Shown piece by piece: positions 26,114 through 34,320 of a DNA stretch of 34,320 nt. Positions within the stretch are counted from its first letter, which is position 1, and each line of letters starts with the position of its first letter. The stretch is from Promethearchaeota archaeon (GTDB lineage: Archaea; Asgardarchaeota; Thorarchaeia; Thorarchaeales; Thorarchaeaceae): assembly GCA_048939905.1 (NCBI GenBank), contig JBHLPB010000002.1, positions 1 to 34,320 of the forward strand, read 5' to 3'. Both the position numbers and the translations under genes were made by a program. The notes under the pieces were generated by a model. That model saw only the letters and a list, made by a program, of their open reading frames with translations, was not told the origin of the DNA and did no database searches.

Positions 26114-27157
26114 ATGGCCCGCCGAATGAACGCTGCCATGTATTATGGCGTTGGAGATGTCAGGTTTGAGGAGACCGATATTCCCGAGATAGGACCCGGA
26201 GAGTTGCTGATCAAAGTCGGTGCGGCCCTAACTTGTGGAACAGATGTCAAGACCTTCAAGAGGGGTCATCCCATCCTCCTCAAGCACACACCAGCACTCT
26301 TTGGTCATGAATATGCTGGCACCATTGCAGAAACAGGAGGAGGCGTCAAGCACTTCGAGTCAGGTATGCGCGTTGTGGCTACGAACTCCGCTCCTTGTGA
26401 GAGATGCTACTTCTGCAAGCGAGGTAGACCCAATCTTTGTTCTGAGTTGAAATCGTCTTTCGTCAATGGAGCCTTTGCGGAATACATCAGGGTTCCCGAA
26501 CCCGTGGTAAGATTCAACACGCATCAGATTCCTGATTCATTGTCATTTCGGGATGCAGCCCTGACTGAACCCTTGGCCTGTGTGGTGCATGGAATAGAAG
26601 AAGCAGAGATTCAGCTCGGAGACACAGTTGCTGTCATTGGCGCGGGCCCCATAGGGCAAATGATAATCATGCTCGCAAAAAGGAGCGGGGCTTCCACAGT
26701 GATTGCGTCGGACTTGGCCAAGCTGCGTCGAGATATGGCTAAACGAGCGGGAGCGGATGTCGTGATAGATCCAGCCAAGGAGGACCCAGTTGCACGAGTA
26801 CAAGAGGAAACCTCAGGCTATGGAGCGGATGTTGTGATAGAGGCGGTTGGATTACCCGCAACGTGGGAGCAGGCTGTGGACATGACTCGAGACGCTGGGA
26901 TGACAGTACTCTTCGGAGGAGCTGCATCGGGTACCAAGTTCGAAGTCGACACTTACCGGTTCCACTATGGACAGCTAACGATTAAGGGTGTCTTCCACCT
27001 GGCACCTAGACACATTGAACAAGCCCTAAAGCTGATAGTGGCCAGTGCTGTTGACCCTGACATTCTCATCTCTCACGAGATGCCTTTAGAGAGGATTACT
27101 GACGCTCTGAGAATGATGAGTACTGGCGAAAGCATGAAGATAGCCATCATCCCCTGA
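26114..27157 (+). CDS. Zinc-dependent medium-chain alcohol/polyol dehydrogenase
   Basis: 'CGTDV', 'GHEYAGTIAE', the structural Zn site 'CERCYFCKRGRPNLC' and the Rossmann motif 'VIGAGPIGQ' are present. ATGs occur at 26114 and 26126; the ORF is open from 26048. Confidence 0.85.
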   Translation: MARRMNAAMYYGVGDVRFEETDIPEIGPGELLIKVGAALTCGTDVKTFKRGHPILLKHTPALFGHEYAGTIAETGGGVKHFESGMRVVATNSAPCERCYFCKRGRPNLCSELKSSFVNGAFAEYIRVPEPVVRFNTHQIPDSLSFRDAALTEPLACVVHGIEEAEIQLGDTVAVIGAGPIGQMIIMLAKRSGASTVIASDLAKLRRDMAKRAGADVVIDPAKEDPVARVQEETSGYGADVVIEAVGLPATWEQAVDMTRDAGMTVLFGGAASGTKFEVDTYRFHYGQLTIKGVFHLAPRHIEQALKLIVASAVDPDILISHEMPLERITDALRMMSTGESMKIAIIP

Positions 27158-27179
27158 GTCAAAGGCGAGCAAAGAGTCA

Positions 27180-27680
27180 TTGAGTGGTTTCACCTTGAGT
27201 GAGAAGAAAGAAAGATCATTGAGCGGCAAGGCAAATATCTTCAGGACTAGGTCACAGCAACGTGCCGGCAAGAAGAGGCTCAGGGACAATGAGAGAACAT
27301 TGATAGACATCATACAGAAACTGGACCACGATTATGAGGGCCTTCTTGTGGTTGTGGAAGGAAAGCGCGACGAGCTGGTACTCAGGAGTCTTGGACTGAA
27401 GGCCCCAATGGTCAAGACCCAGAGTGGCACTCCTAGACAACTGTTAATCGACGAACTGGCATCGGTGACCAATCAAGACAGACAAGTGCTCATACTTACT
27501 GATTTTGATGATGAGGGAAGTGAGCTTTGCAGACTTATCGAGCAGCATCTGGAAGTAAGACGGGTAAGAGTCCTTAGAAGACTTCGACGAGAGATAAGGA
27601 AGGCAATGGGCAATTGGCGGTGCATTGAGGAGCTTGTGGCATTGTTCAAGAGAAAAGACTCTCCGGAACCAATAGCCTAA
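27180..27680 (+). CDS. Small Toprim-domain protein (COG1658-type)
   Basis: 'LLVVVEGKRDELVLRSLG' carries the Toprim Glu and 'VLILTDFDDEGSEL' carries the DxD. The N-terminus is basic and the start is TTG. Confidence 0.65.
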   Translation: MSGFTLSEKKERSLSGKANIFRTRSQQRAGKKRLRDNERTLIDIIQKLDHDYEGLLVVVEGKRDELVLRSLGLKAPMVKTQSGTPRQLLIDELASVTNQDRQVLILTDFDDEGSELCRLIEQHLEVRRVRVLRRLRREIRKAMGNWRCIEELVALFKRKDSPEPIA

Positions 27681-27745
27681 CAGGACTGCAGCGTGGCCAA
27701 CGAAAACACAATATGCCACGATGTTTTCCAGACTGATGATAGCCA

Positions 27746-28243
27746 TTGCGAATCTTTGCGATTTCAGGATACTCGGGCACTGGAAAGACGACACTCATAG
27801 TGGCTTTGATTGACGGGCTTAGGAAGAGAGGTCACACCGTGTCCACAGTCAAGAGTAGCATGGAAGATAGTATGCCGCCTGAGAACTCGGACACTTGGAA
27901 GCACCTGAAGGCTGGAGCCGAGATGTCGATACTACAAGGTCCAAGCTCTACTACGATTAGATTCAAGGAAAGAATCTCGCTATCAAAGACGCTCCAAATC
28001 TACGATTCAGATTTCCTTCTTGTGGAGGGTATGAAGGGGCTAGCCATACCACGCTTCTGGTGTGTTGGTGAAAGGGCTCTGGAAGATGTTCCGCCCCCAG
28101 GAACAGTGGCAGTGGTGGCTTGGAAGGAGTCTGCTACAACCGCGAAAGAAGTCGATGTTCCTTTGTTGCTCCCTGACGATGTTGAGAGCCTCGTGAAAGT
28201 TGTGGAACGAGAGGCGATTGACGTTTCGGACATTGTCTTGTAG
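27746..28243 (+). CDS. mobB: Molybdopterin-guanine dinucleotide biosynthesis adaptor MobB
   Basis: The P-loop context 'IFAISGYSGTGKTTLIVALIDGLRKRGHTVSTVK' and 'LVEGMK' are present. The start is TTG. Confidence 0.75.
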   Translation: MRIFAISGYSGTGKTTLIVALIDGLRKRGHTVSTVKSSMEDSMPPENSDTWKHLKAGAEMSILQGPSSTTIRFKERISLSKTLQIYDSDFLLVEGMKGLAIPRFWCVGERALEDVPPPGTVAVVAWKESATTAKEVDVPLLLPDDVESLVKVVEREAIDVSDIVL

Positions 28244-28297
28244 CCTGAAATGCCGAATCACAATACTCTTCTTTCTGCATAACCTCGAACGAGTACG

Positions 28298-29143
28298 ATG
28301 AGAGAGCTCGTTGTTGGGCAATTTGACCTCATGGACACCTTAGAGTGCGGTCAGACATTCAGTTGGACTAGAGAAAGCGCTGGCTATATCAACTCAGACA
28401 TTGGGCAAGTTGTCTATGTAGAGCAGAGGGGAAACACCCTCTACTACGACACGTCGGAGTATGAAGTGGACCTTCAGAAGATGTTCAGGCTCAACGATCC
28501 ACTCTCAGATATACAGAAACAGATTGAACGCGACGGAATAATGAAGGAGAGCATTCAGTTTGCTCCTGGCCTTCGTGTCATCTCAGACGACTTCTTCCCT
28601 TGTCTGGTGTCGTTCCTGTGTTCAATCCGAAATAACATCCCGAGTATTCGGAAGTTCACCCAGTCAATCCGAAGAGAGTTTGGGCCTACCTATAGTTTCC
28701 GCGGCAGAACCTACCATGGTTTTCCATCACCTGAGGACCTGTCAAGAGCAACGGAGGACCAGCTACGAGCGCTGGGCCTCGATTGGCGAGCCAACTTCAT
28801 TGTGCGTTCCACAAAGTCAATTCTTGAAGAGGAGATTGATGCCATTGAACTGTCTGGGCAAAGCTATGAAGAGGCTCATACGAGGTTAAAGGAACTGCAC
28901 GGAGTGGGCGACAAGGTAGCCGATTGTGTGTGCCTCTTCTCACTTGGCTTCTTGGAAGCATTCCCGATTGACGTGTGGATTGAGCGTGTCATTGAGAATC
29001 ACTACGGGATATTCACGACTGCCGGCAAGTCCTACGGCAAGAAGTCTGAGGCCGCAAGGAACTACTTCGGTGAATATGCTGGATACGCTCAGGAGTACCT
29101 GTACTATTACACACGGACAGGTGGCCGAAAGCCCAGTAGATAG
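28298..29143 (+). CDS. ogg: 8-oxoguanine DNA glycosylase/AP lyase, OGG1-type
   Basis: The N-domain has 'TLECGQTFSW'. The HhH-GPD block is 'LHGVGDKVADCVCLFSLG..AFPIDVWI', carrying the catalytic Lys and Asp context. Confidence 0.85.
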   Translation: MRELVVGQFDLMDTLECGQTFSWTRESAGYINSDIGQVVYVEQRGNTLYYDTSEYEVDLQKMFRLNDPLSDIQKQIERDGIMKESIQFAPGLRVISDDFFPCLVSFLCSIRNNIPSIRKFTQSIRREFGPTYSFRGRTYHGFPSPEDLSRATEDQLRALGLDWRANFIVRSTKSILEEEIDAIELSGQSYEEAHTRLKELHGVGDKVADCVCLFSLGFLEAFPIDVWIERVIENHYGIFTTAGKSYGKKSEAARNYFGEYAGYAQEYLYYYTRTGGRKPSR

Positions 29144-29147
29144 CTAG

Positions 29148-30302
29148 CTAGAGATTCTGACGTTTCTTCTTCTTCACAGCATACCAACTGTGATCCGTTA
29201 TTCCCTTGGAAATCTCCCAGAGTCTGGTTTCGTAGAATGCTAGCGGATGTAGGACGTAGGTACAAAGAGGATCAGAAGCAGTTCTGAGATAGACCGGACA
29301 TAGACTGTTTCCTTGCAGTTTCTTGCATCCAGGAGGTGTGTAGCCTTCTCCGCCGGATTTGGAAGAGATGTGACGGACTTGATACTGAGCCAGATTCTGC
29401 ACAAAGTCGGGTGCCGCTCTGAAGACACCCATGACATCCTCATCTGTCATGCCAATCTTGAGAAGGAACGATGCCAAGGCGAATCGGGCGTCATGTGATA
29501 GGTTCTTCCCCTGTAGAGAGTCTTCGTACATCTGAGAAATACATGGCGGGAATGCAGTGGTGACGTCCCCTGTTATCTCGATGGGCTCACGTTCTTGAAT
29601 TCGCGTCGTAATCTCGGCCTCTATTCTCTGAACCGCCTCGGTGAGCCTCATTGGCAGCTTGGGTACATCCATAGTGCTCTGAAGGATTAGCTGCTTGACT
29701 CTTCCGGAGATCAATCTATCGAGCTCAGATCGTCGAATGGGAACCCACCCGGAGTCCAAGTGGCGATTGATCAGATTCCACTTCTCGCTATGGAAGCTCG
29801 GGGCCACTTCTAGGTAGTCCTCGAACCTTATCCGAAAGTTGAAGCTTCTCAGTATCAGCGGTAGCTTGGCACGTTGGCTCTCCGAACCAGCAGATTCGAC
29901 AGTCCATCCCAAAGATGACTGACACAAATCAATTACAACAGGTTCTTTCTCTGTAGAGAGATGCTTATTGACTGCCTTGGACTCGGCCTCCGCCTGATAC
30001 TCTTTCAGTCTTGGGTTGCCTATCCTCTCCACAATGAGTCTCGCCGTTGGGTATACAAGTACTGCTTCTTCAGTATTGGTTCTAGGAATCTTGATCTCTG
30101 ACTGCATCAGAGCTGCATGCACGCGCTCTTCAGCTTCATCAACGACTTGACTATTGGCGGGTTTGTCCAGAATCTCAATAAGAGCACGGACGTCACGTGC
30201 CAGCTTCTGACTTGCAGACCTCGCCTCAACTGAGAAGGGATATCGAAGCTGCAACAGACTTGTCGCCACGTGTATCGCACCTATCTCTCTTGCTTCGCTC
30301 AT
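29148..30302 (-). CDS. priL: DNA primase large (regulatory) subunit PriL
   Basis: The 384-aa ORF has 'FPPCISQM' and C-terminal Fe-S Cys residues in 'PPGCKKLQGNSLCP..DPLCTYVLHPLAFY'. Confidence 0.8.
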   Translation of the reverse strand: MSEAREIGAIHVATSLLQLRYPFSVEARSASQKLARDVRALIEILDKPANSQVVDEAEERVHAALMQSEIKIPRTNTEEAVLVYPTARLIVERIGNPRLKEYQAEAESKAVNKHLSTEKEPVVIDLCQSSLGWTVESAGSESQRAKLPLILRSFNFRIRFEDYLEVAPSFHSEKWNLINRHLDSGWVPIRRSELDRLISGRVKQLILQSTMDVPKLPMRLTEAVQRIEAEITTRIQEREPIEITGDVTTAFPPCISQMYEDSLQGKNLSHDARFALASFLLKIGMTDEDVMGVFRAAPDFVQNLAQYQVRHISSKSGGEGYTPPGCKKLQGNSLCPVYLRTASDPLCTYVLHPLAFYETRLWEISKGITDHSWYAVKKKKRQNL

Positions 30303-30356
30303 CAGTCACTCAGATGAGCAAATAAAGTGTCCTCAAGGTATGTTTGGCCGTATCTG

Positions 30357-30896
30357 CTAAGTGCGGCCTAACACATAGTCAGCTCTCACCAATAGATTCA
30401 TGAACTCGCCAAGGCTCTGGCGAAGAATCTCTGGGTCGCTGTAGAGACTCTTGAGAGACTTCCTGCGGCCAGCAAGTGACGGAGTGGCTGCCTCGTTGAC
30501 GAGCTTGTAGGCAGCATTGGGTCGTTCTACCCACCTGCAGAGCTCCTCATTCTCCTCACTCATGAAGAGGACGACAGGGGTCTTTCGTTTGCCATTCACC
30601 TTGTATTGCTGATGGAGACTTGCATTCTTGTCACTGTCAACCATTCTGAGCTTGATCTTCGGAGCGAGAGATGCCATTCGCGCAAGAACAGGCAGGTTAC
30701 CGGCTGTGTCGTTGCAGCGGTCTGTGCCAATCACAAGAATCCTGATCTCGTTCTGAATGCTGCCAAGGATCTCCTGCTCGGTTTCGTTGAGCATCAGGTC
30801 GTTGAATCGCGCCTTCATGAGCTCAACGTTCTCTCGAGCTTTCTTCAGAAACTTACTGTACTCTACCGCACTATCCCAGTCAGCCTTCTCACACAT
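30357..30896 (-). CDS. Thioredoxin-fold protein (Thioredoxin_9-like)
   Basis: 'RILVIGTDRCNDTAGNLPVLARMA' aligns by eye with the 'vlvitE.WCgD...n.P.l' block. It is followed by 'TPVVLFMSE', a cis-Pro region. Confidence 0.55.
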   Translation of the reverse strand: MCEKADWDSAVEYSKFLKKARENVELMKARFNDLMLNETEQEILGSIQNEIRILVIGTDRCNDTAGNLPVLARMASLAPKIKLRMVDSDKNASLHQQYKVNGKRKTPVVLFMSEENEELCRWVERPNAAYKLVNEAATPSLAGRRKSLKSLYSDPEILRQSLGEFMNLLVRADYVLGRT

Positions 30897-31041
30897 GTGC
30901 TACCAACTCAACGATATCAGAATTCCGCCAGACGCACCAGCGGTCACAAATAGGTTCGAGAGAATAAAAGGATTGCCTGAAGAGCACTTTCTAGGTACAG
31001 TATCAGACAAGCATTTATCGTTCGGCGCTTTGGACTCGCGT

Positions 31042-31725
31042 ATGTCTGTGGCCATTGCCCACGCCCTGATGGGAGACCTTCGAGGACAGGAGGACAGAGA
31101 GAAGGCGCTCCATGTGGCCAAATACATGAAGACATCTGCCTTGAACTTCTTGGGCATCCAGATTCCACAGATTCGGAAGACTGCACGAAAACACATCCGG
31201 GGTTTCGCTGTGGACAAGCTCCCGCAAATCATGGACCTGCTCTGGAAGGAAGAGGTGTTTGACTTCAGACTTGCCGCGATTGAAATCATGGAGGAGTATT
31301 CAGCCAAGGGTGACAAGTCTGTTGCACTTCAGATGATTTCAGATATGATCGATGACATTGATACTTGGGCCCTCACTGATCCTCTTTGCATTGTCTGCCT
31401 AGGAACCCTACTGATTCGTGACTGGTCAATCGAGAAGACTATAGCCTCATGGCGTAGGAGTGAGAACTTCTGGCGTCGTAGAGCTACAGTACTTCCCTAC
31501 CAACATCTCTCGAAGAAGGGAGTCCACAAACCAGAATACACAGAGAGAATTCTGAGTGCCTTGAAGCCGCATCTCTCAGACAGAGAGTTCTTCGTTGGAA
31601 AGGCCGTTGGCTGGGTCTTGAGAGAGCTTAGCAAGCGTGAGCCTGAAACCATAAGGGGATACATAGAGGAGAACAGAGCACAGATGACCAAGCTGGCCAT
31701 CAGAGAGGCAAGTAAGAGGCTCTAG
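31042..31725 (+). CDS. DNA alkylation repair protein (AlkD-like HEAT-repeat glycosylase family)
   Basis: 'KYMKTSALNFLGIQIPQIRKTARK', 'TWALTDPLC', 'FWRRRATVL' and 'FVGKAVGWVLRELSKREPETIRGYI' are present. The ATG at 31042 gives 227 aa, which is family-typical. The ORF is open from 30757, but that extension lies antisense to the neighbouring gene. Confidence 0.7.
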   Translation: MSVAIAHALMGDLRGQEDREKALHVAKYMKTSALNFLGIQIPQIRKTARKHIRGFAVDKLPQIMDLLWKEEVFDFRLAAIEIMEEYSAKGDKSVALQMISDMIDDIDTWALTDPLCIVCLGTLLIRDWSIEKTIASWRRSENFWRRRATVLPYQHLSKKGVHKPEYTERILSALKPHLSDREFFVGKAVGWVLRELSKREPETIRGYIEENRAQMTKLAIREASKRL

Positions 31726-31781
31726 AGTACTTTCAGCCATCTGTTCATCTTTTAAGCAAGACTTGTTTGAAGGAACATGCC

Positions 31782-32120
31782 ATGAAAGAGAAACTACTCG
31801 CATATTGCGGCCTGGACTGTGCAGACTGCTACGCATACAAGGCATATGCTGCCGACAACGAAGAACTGCGTTTGGAAGCTGCCAAGAAATGGAACAGTCC
31901 TGAGTATTCTGTTGTCCCCGCAGACATCAACTGTGTTGGATGCAAATCGGAAGAAGGGCCTCATTTCAAATGGTGTGCGGACTGCCCCATGAGAGCCTGT
32001 GGTCATGAACGCGGAGTCGAGACTTGTGCACACTGTGATGATTTCATCTGCGACAACGTCAGGCAGTCGGGAGAACATAACATCAAGCGACTCGAAGCGA
32101 TTCGTGCCGACCTGTTGTGA
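31782..32120 (+). CDS. DUF3795 Cys-rich protein
   Basis: 'MKEKLLAYCGLDCADCYAYK', 'CVGCKSE', 'CADCPMRAC' and 'CAHCDDFIC' are present. Confidence 0.7.
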   Translation: MKEKLLAYCGLDCADCYAYKAYAADNEELRLEAAKKWNSPEYSVVPADINCVGCKSEEGPHFKWCADCPMRACGHERGVETCAHCDDFICDNVRQSGEHNIKRLEAIRADLL

Positions 32121-32210
32121 CAACCGTTGGCGCGAGGTCTTCAAGAATAGTTTCGGATTCCTGTGGTGCTTATTTACTGGCTATCAAGAAAGAAGATAGG
32201 CGATACTAGG

Positions 32211-33326
32211 TTGAAAAGAGCAGGTGTCGCGGAACTCAAGTTGCATCCGGGGAAAGCACCGCACTGGCTAGTGAAACGAATGATGCCAATGGCCAGTGCA
32301 ATCTGCGAGTTCATCGTGAATGAGTTTGGTACTCTTGAATTGCTGAAGCGGCTCTCCGATCCGGTCTACTTCCAAGCGTTGTCCAACGTGCTTGGCTATG
32401 ATTGGGACTCGAGCGGAAGCACAACCGTCACCTGCGGCGTCTTGAAGTCTGTATTGAACTGGGAGAAGCATAGTCTCGTGGGTGTTGGGGGCAAAGGAAT
32501 CGCTTCAAGACGAGTGCCAGATCAACTTCGAGCGCTGGAAGACTTTGGTCTTGACGGGTTTGGATTGTCAGAAATAAGCAAGGCTGTTGCAAAGGTTGAC
32601 AATGCTGCAGTTCAGGATGGATATCAACTGTACCAGCATCTGTTCTTTGTGGATAACGAAGAGAATTGGACTGTCGTCCAGCAGGGGATGGACAGCAGAT
32701 CGAATGATGCCAGAAGATATCACTGGACTTCGGAGGAAGTCGAGAGCTTCATTGAGGAGCCTCACACCGGGATAATATCGAATCATGTGAGAAAGATCAC
32801 TCTGGACTTGACATCAAAGGCATCAGATGCCTGCAGAAAGACAACGTTGGATGTCGTAAGAGAGGAGCCTCGTCGAATTATGCGACTCTTTGAAGACATC
32901 AAGGCCTATGGAGAATCCACTCTCATACCCTGGATAGAGAACGATGGACAGAGTCTGGAACTCCCATCCTATAAGGTAATTCCGCGGAGGATGAACTGGA
33001 ATGCAGTCCGCAGAGCATATGAGGTTCAGCCTTCTGGCTATGAGGACTTTCTTTTCATGGATGGAATGGGACCCGCCACTGTGAGAGGACTGTCCCTAAT
33101 CTCAGAGATGATCTATGGGTCTGCACCCTCATGGTCTGACCCTGTCCGCATGACTTTCGCATTTGGGGGGAAAGATGGGGTGCCGTTTCCTGTCCCACGA
33201 AAGGACTATGACAAGGCGATTGGTTTCATGGAGCAGGCTCTGAACGATGCGAAGTTGGGAAGAAGAGATAGAGTTGTCGCGCTTAGGCGCCTCAGAGGGT
33301 TCGCCCCTCCTGTGCTTGTCACATAA
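32211..33326 (+). CDS. DUF763 protein
   Basis: 'AELKLHPGKAPHWLVKRM..LLKRLSDPVYFQALSNVLGYDWDSSGSTTV' matches the family N-terminal block as I recall it. A TTG at 32211 would give 'MKRAGVAEL..'; the ORF is open from a GTG at 32163. Confidence 0.7.
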   Translation: MKRAGVAELKLHPGKAPHWLVKRMMPMASAICEFIVNEFGTLELLKRLSDPVYFQALSNVLGYDWDSSGSTTVTCGVLKSVLNWEKHSLVGVGGKGIASRRVPDQLRALEDFGLDGFGLSEISKAVAKVDNAAVQDGYQLYQHLFFVDNEENWTVVQQGMDSRSNDARRYHWTSEEVESFIEEPHTGIISNHVRKITLDLTSKASDACRKTTLDVVREEPRRIMRLFEDIKAYGESTLIPWIENDGQSLELPSYKVIPRRMNWNAVRRAYEVQPSGYEDFLFMDGMGPATVRGLSLISEMIYGSAPSWSDPVRMTFAFGGKDGVPFPVPRKDYDKAIGFMEQALNDAKLGRRDRVVALRRLRGFAPPVLVT

Positions 33327-33397
33327 GTTCAGACACCGCAACGCCCTCTGGGCCACAACCGAAGTATACAATTTGAGGAACTCACACGGCCAGAGTC

Positions 33398-34213
33398 ATG
33401 ATTGAGGTTGTGCCGTACAACGACTTGGTCACCTGTATCAAGACAGGAACAGAGATTGACGGGAAGGTCATCATTTGGGCTTATTCATATTTGATTCGTG
33501 ACACGCTCTTCGATGCTGGATGTCCAAATGCAATTGAGGAGTTCATGGGGTTTGTGTCAACCAAACCAGTGAAGCATGTGTACGTGTCACATGCTCATGA
33601 GGACCATAGTGGATGCTGTTCTGCTCTGGAAGAGAGTGCCACCATCTACGCAACCCCTTCAGTGAGTGACGCAATCAAGAACCCCGAAGCCTTGCCGGAC
33701 TTCTTTGTGATGGTATGGGGTCAGCCGGAACCGGTCAAGGCAGTTTCACCCATGCCTGACAATTTCACTGTGGATGGCTTAGAATTCGAAGTCATTCCGC
33801 TTCCCGGTCACAACAAGGACATGGTTGGCTTCTATGAGAGTAGGAGAGGTTGGCTATTCTCTGCCGACGCGGTCCCTCTACCTTCAAGGAAGTATCTGTC
33901 AATGCCTGATGAGAACATTCCCCAGACCATCGCTACATTAGAGGAAATACAGGCCCTCAATCTCAAGGTCCTGTTTGACAGTCATGGGGGACCAGTAGAG
34001 AATCCCCGGGATCACATTCAGACTCGCATAGATCATCTGAAGGACCTTCAGTCCAACGTGAGGGAGCTGCACAGCAGGGGGCGTTCAGTCCCTGAGATAA
34101 TTGATGATTTGCAGATTGAAGGGCCATGGTACGTTGAGATGACCAAGGGTCGGTTCGGGATTGACTACGTGATTCGATCAATCATCTTCGACGACACATC
34201 CGAAAGTCGATAG
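33398..34213 (+). CDS. MBL-fold metallo-hydrolase
   Basis: The motif 'VYVSHAHEDHSGC' (HxHxDH) is intact, and 'PLPGHNKD' and 'DSHGG' follow. Confidence 0.8.
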   Translation: MIEVVPYNDLVTCIKTGTEIDGKVIIWAYSYLIRDTLFDAGCPNAIEEFMGFVSTKPVKHVYVSHAHEDHSGCCSALEESATIYATPSVSDAIKNPEALPDFFVMVWGQPEPVKAVSPMPDNFTVDGLEFEVIPLPGHNKDMVGFYESRRGWLFSADAVPLPSRKYLSMPDENIPQTIATLEEIQALNLKVLFDSHGGPVENPRDHIQTRIDHLKDLQSNVRELHSRGRSVPEIIDDLQIEGPWYVEMTKGRFGIDYVIRSIIFDDTSESR

Positions 34214-34263
34214 GTAAAGAATGCACACTTGGAGATGTAGTGTAAGAATGAGTTGAGCGGTTG

Positions 34264-34320
34264 ATGATAGTCGAGTTGGCGATAATAGCGCTGATTTTCG
34301 TCTTTGCGGCGGCTACGCCG
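34264..34320 (+). CDS. Partial CDS running off the window (hydrophobic N-terminus)
   Basis: The ATG at 34264 opens 'MIVELAIIALIFVFAAATP', which stays in frame to the last base and looks like a TM helix or signal anchor. Only 19 codons are visible. Confidence 0.3.
   Translation, partial: MIVELAIIALIFVFAAATP

Noticed and set aside
30757-31041. N-terminal 95-aa extension of the AlkD-like ORF
   Set aside because: The first 140 nt of the extension (30757-30896) run antisense through the thioredoxin-fold gene. Its translation is Ser/Phe/Leu-rich, and the family length fits the ATG at 31042.

Overview
This is a compact archaeal chromosomal segment with about 40 protein genes and two tRNA-Arg genes. 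Gaps are short and several ORFs overlap or abut. The archaeal assignment rests on archaeosine synthase ArcS with its radical-SAM partner RaSEA, bifunctional fructose-1,6-bisphosphate aldolase/phosphatase, short archaeal-type triosephosphate isomerase, primase large subunit PriL, ABCE1/RLI, TATA-like boxes about 25 nt upstream of both tRNAs, and GGTGA-type Shine-Dalgarno motifs. I cannot assign a lineage below domain level from sequence alone. Most of the content is housekeeping: tRNA modification, gluconeogenesis, redox, translation recycling, and DNA repair/replication. I saw no rRNA, CRISPR array, transposase, integrase or recognisable defence island, so I cannot point to a clear-cut novel system. 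The leads most worth follow-up are: (1) a tightly overlapped four-gene operon, YkgJ Cys-cluster / PHP phosphoesterase / amidohydrolase_2 / Mut7-C PIN-like nuclease (22816-25491); (2) a DEXH helicase with a DUF1998 C-terminus and an extra N-terminal zinc ribbon, directly upstream of arcS-RaSEA; (3) a signal-peptide-less 599-aa protein of about five beta-sandwich repeats; (4) two extremely charged repeat proteins, one K/E-rich with a 13-residue motif in three copies and one carrying a near-perfect 60-bp tandem duplication; (5) a roughly 590-nt stretch upstream of ABCE1 with no convincing ORF. All family calls come from motifs read in the supplied translations and recalled family signatures. No database search was run.
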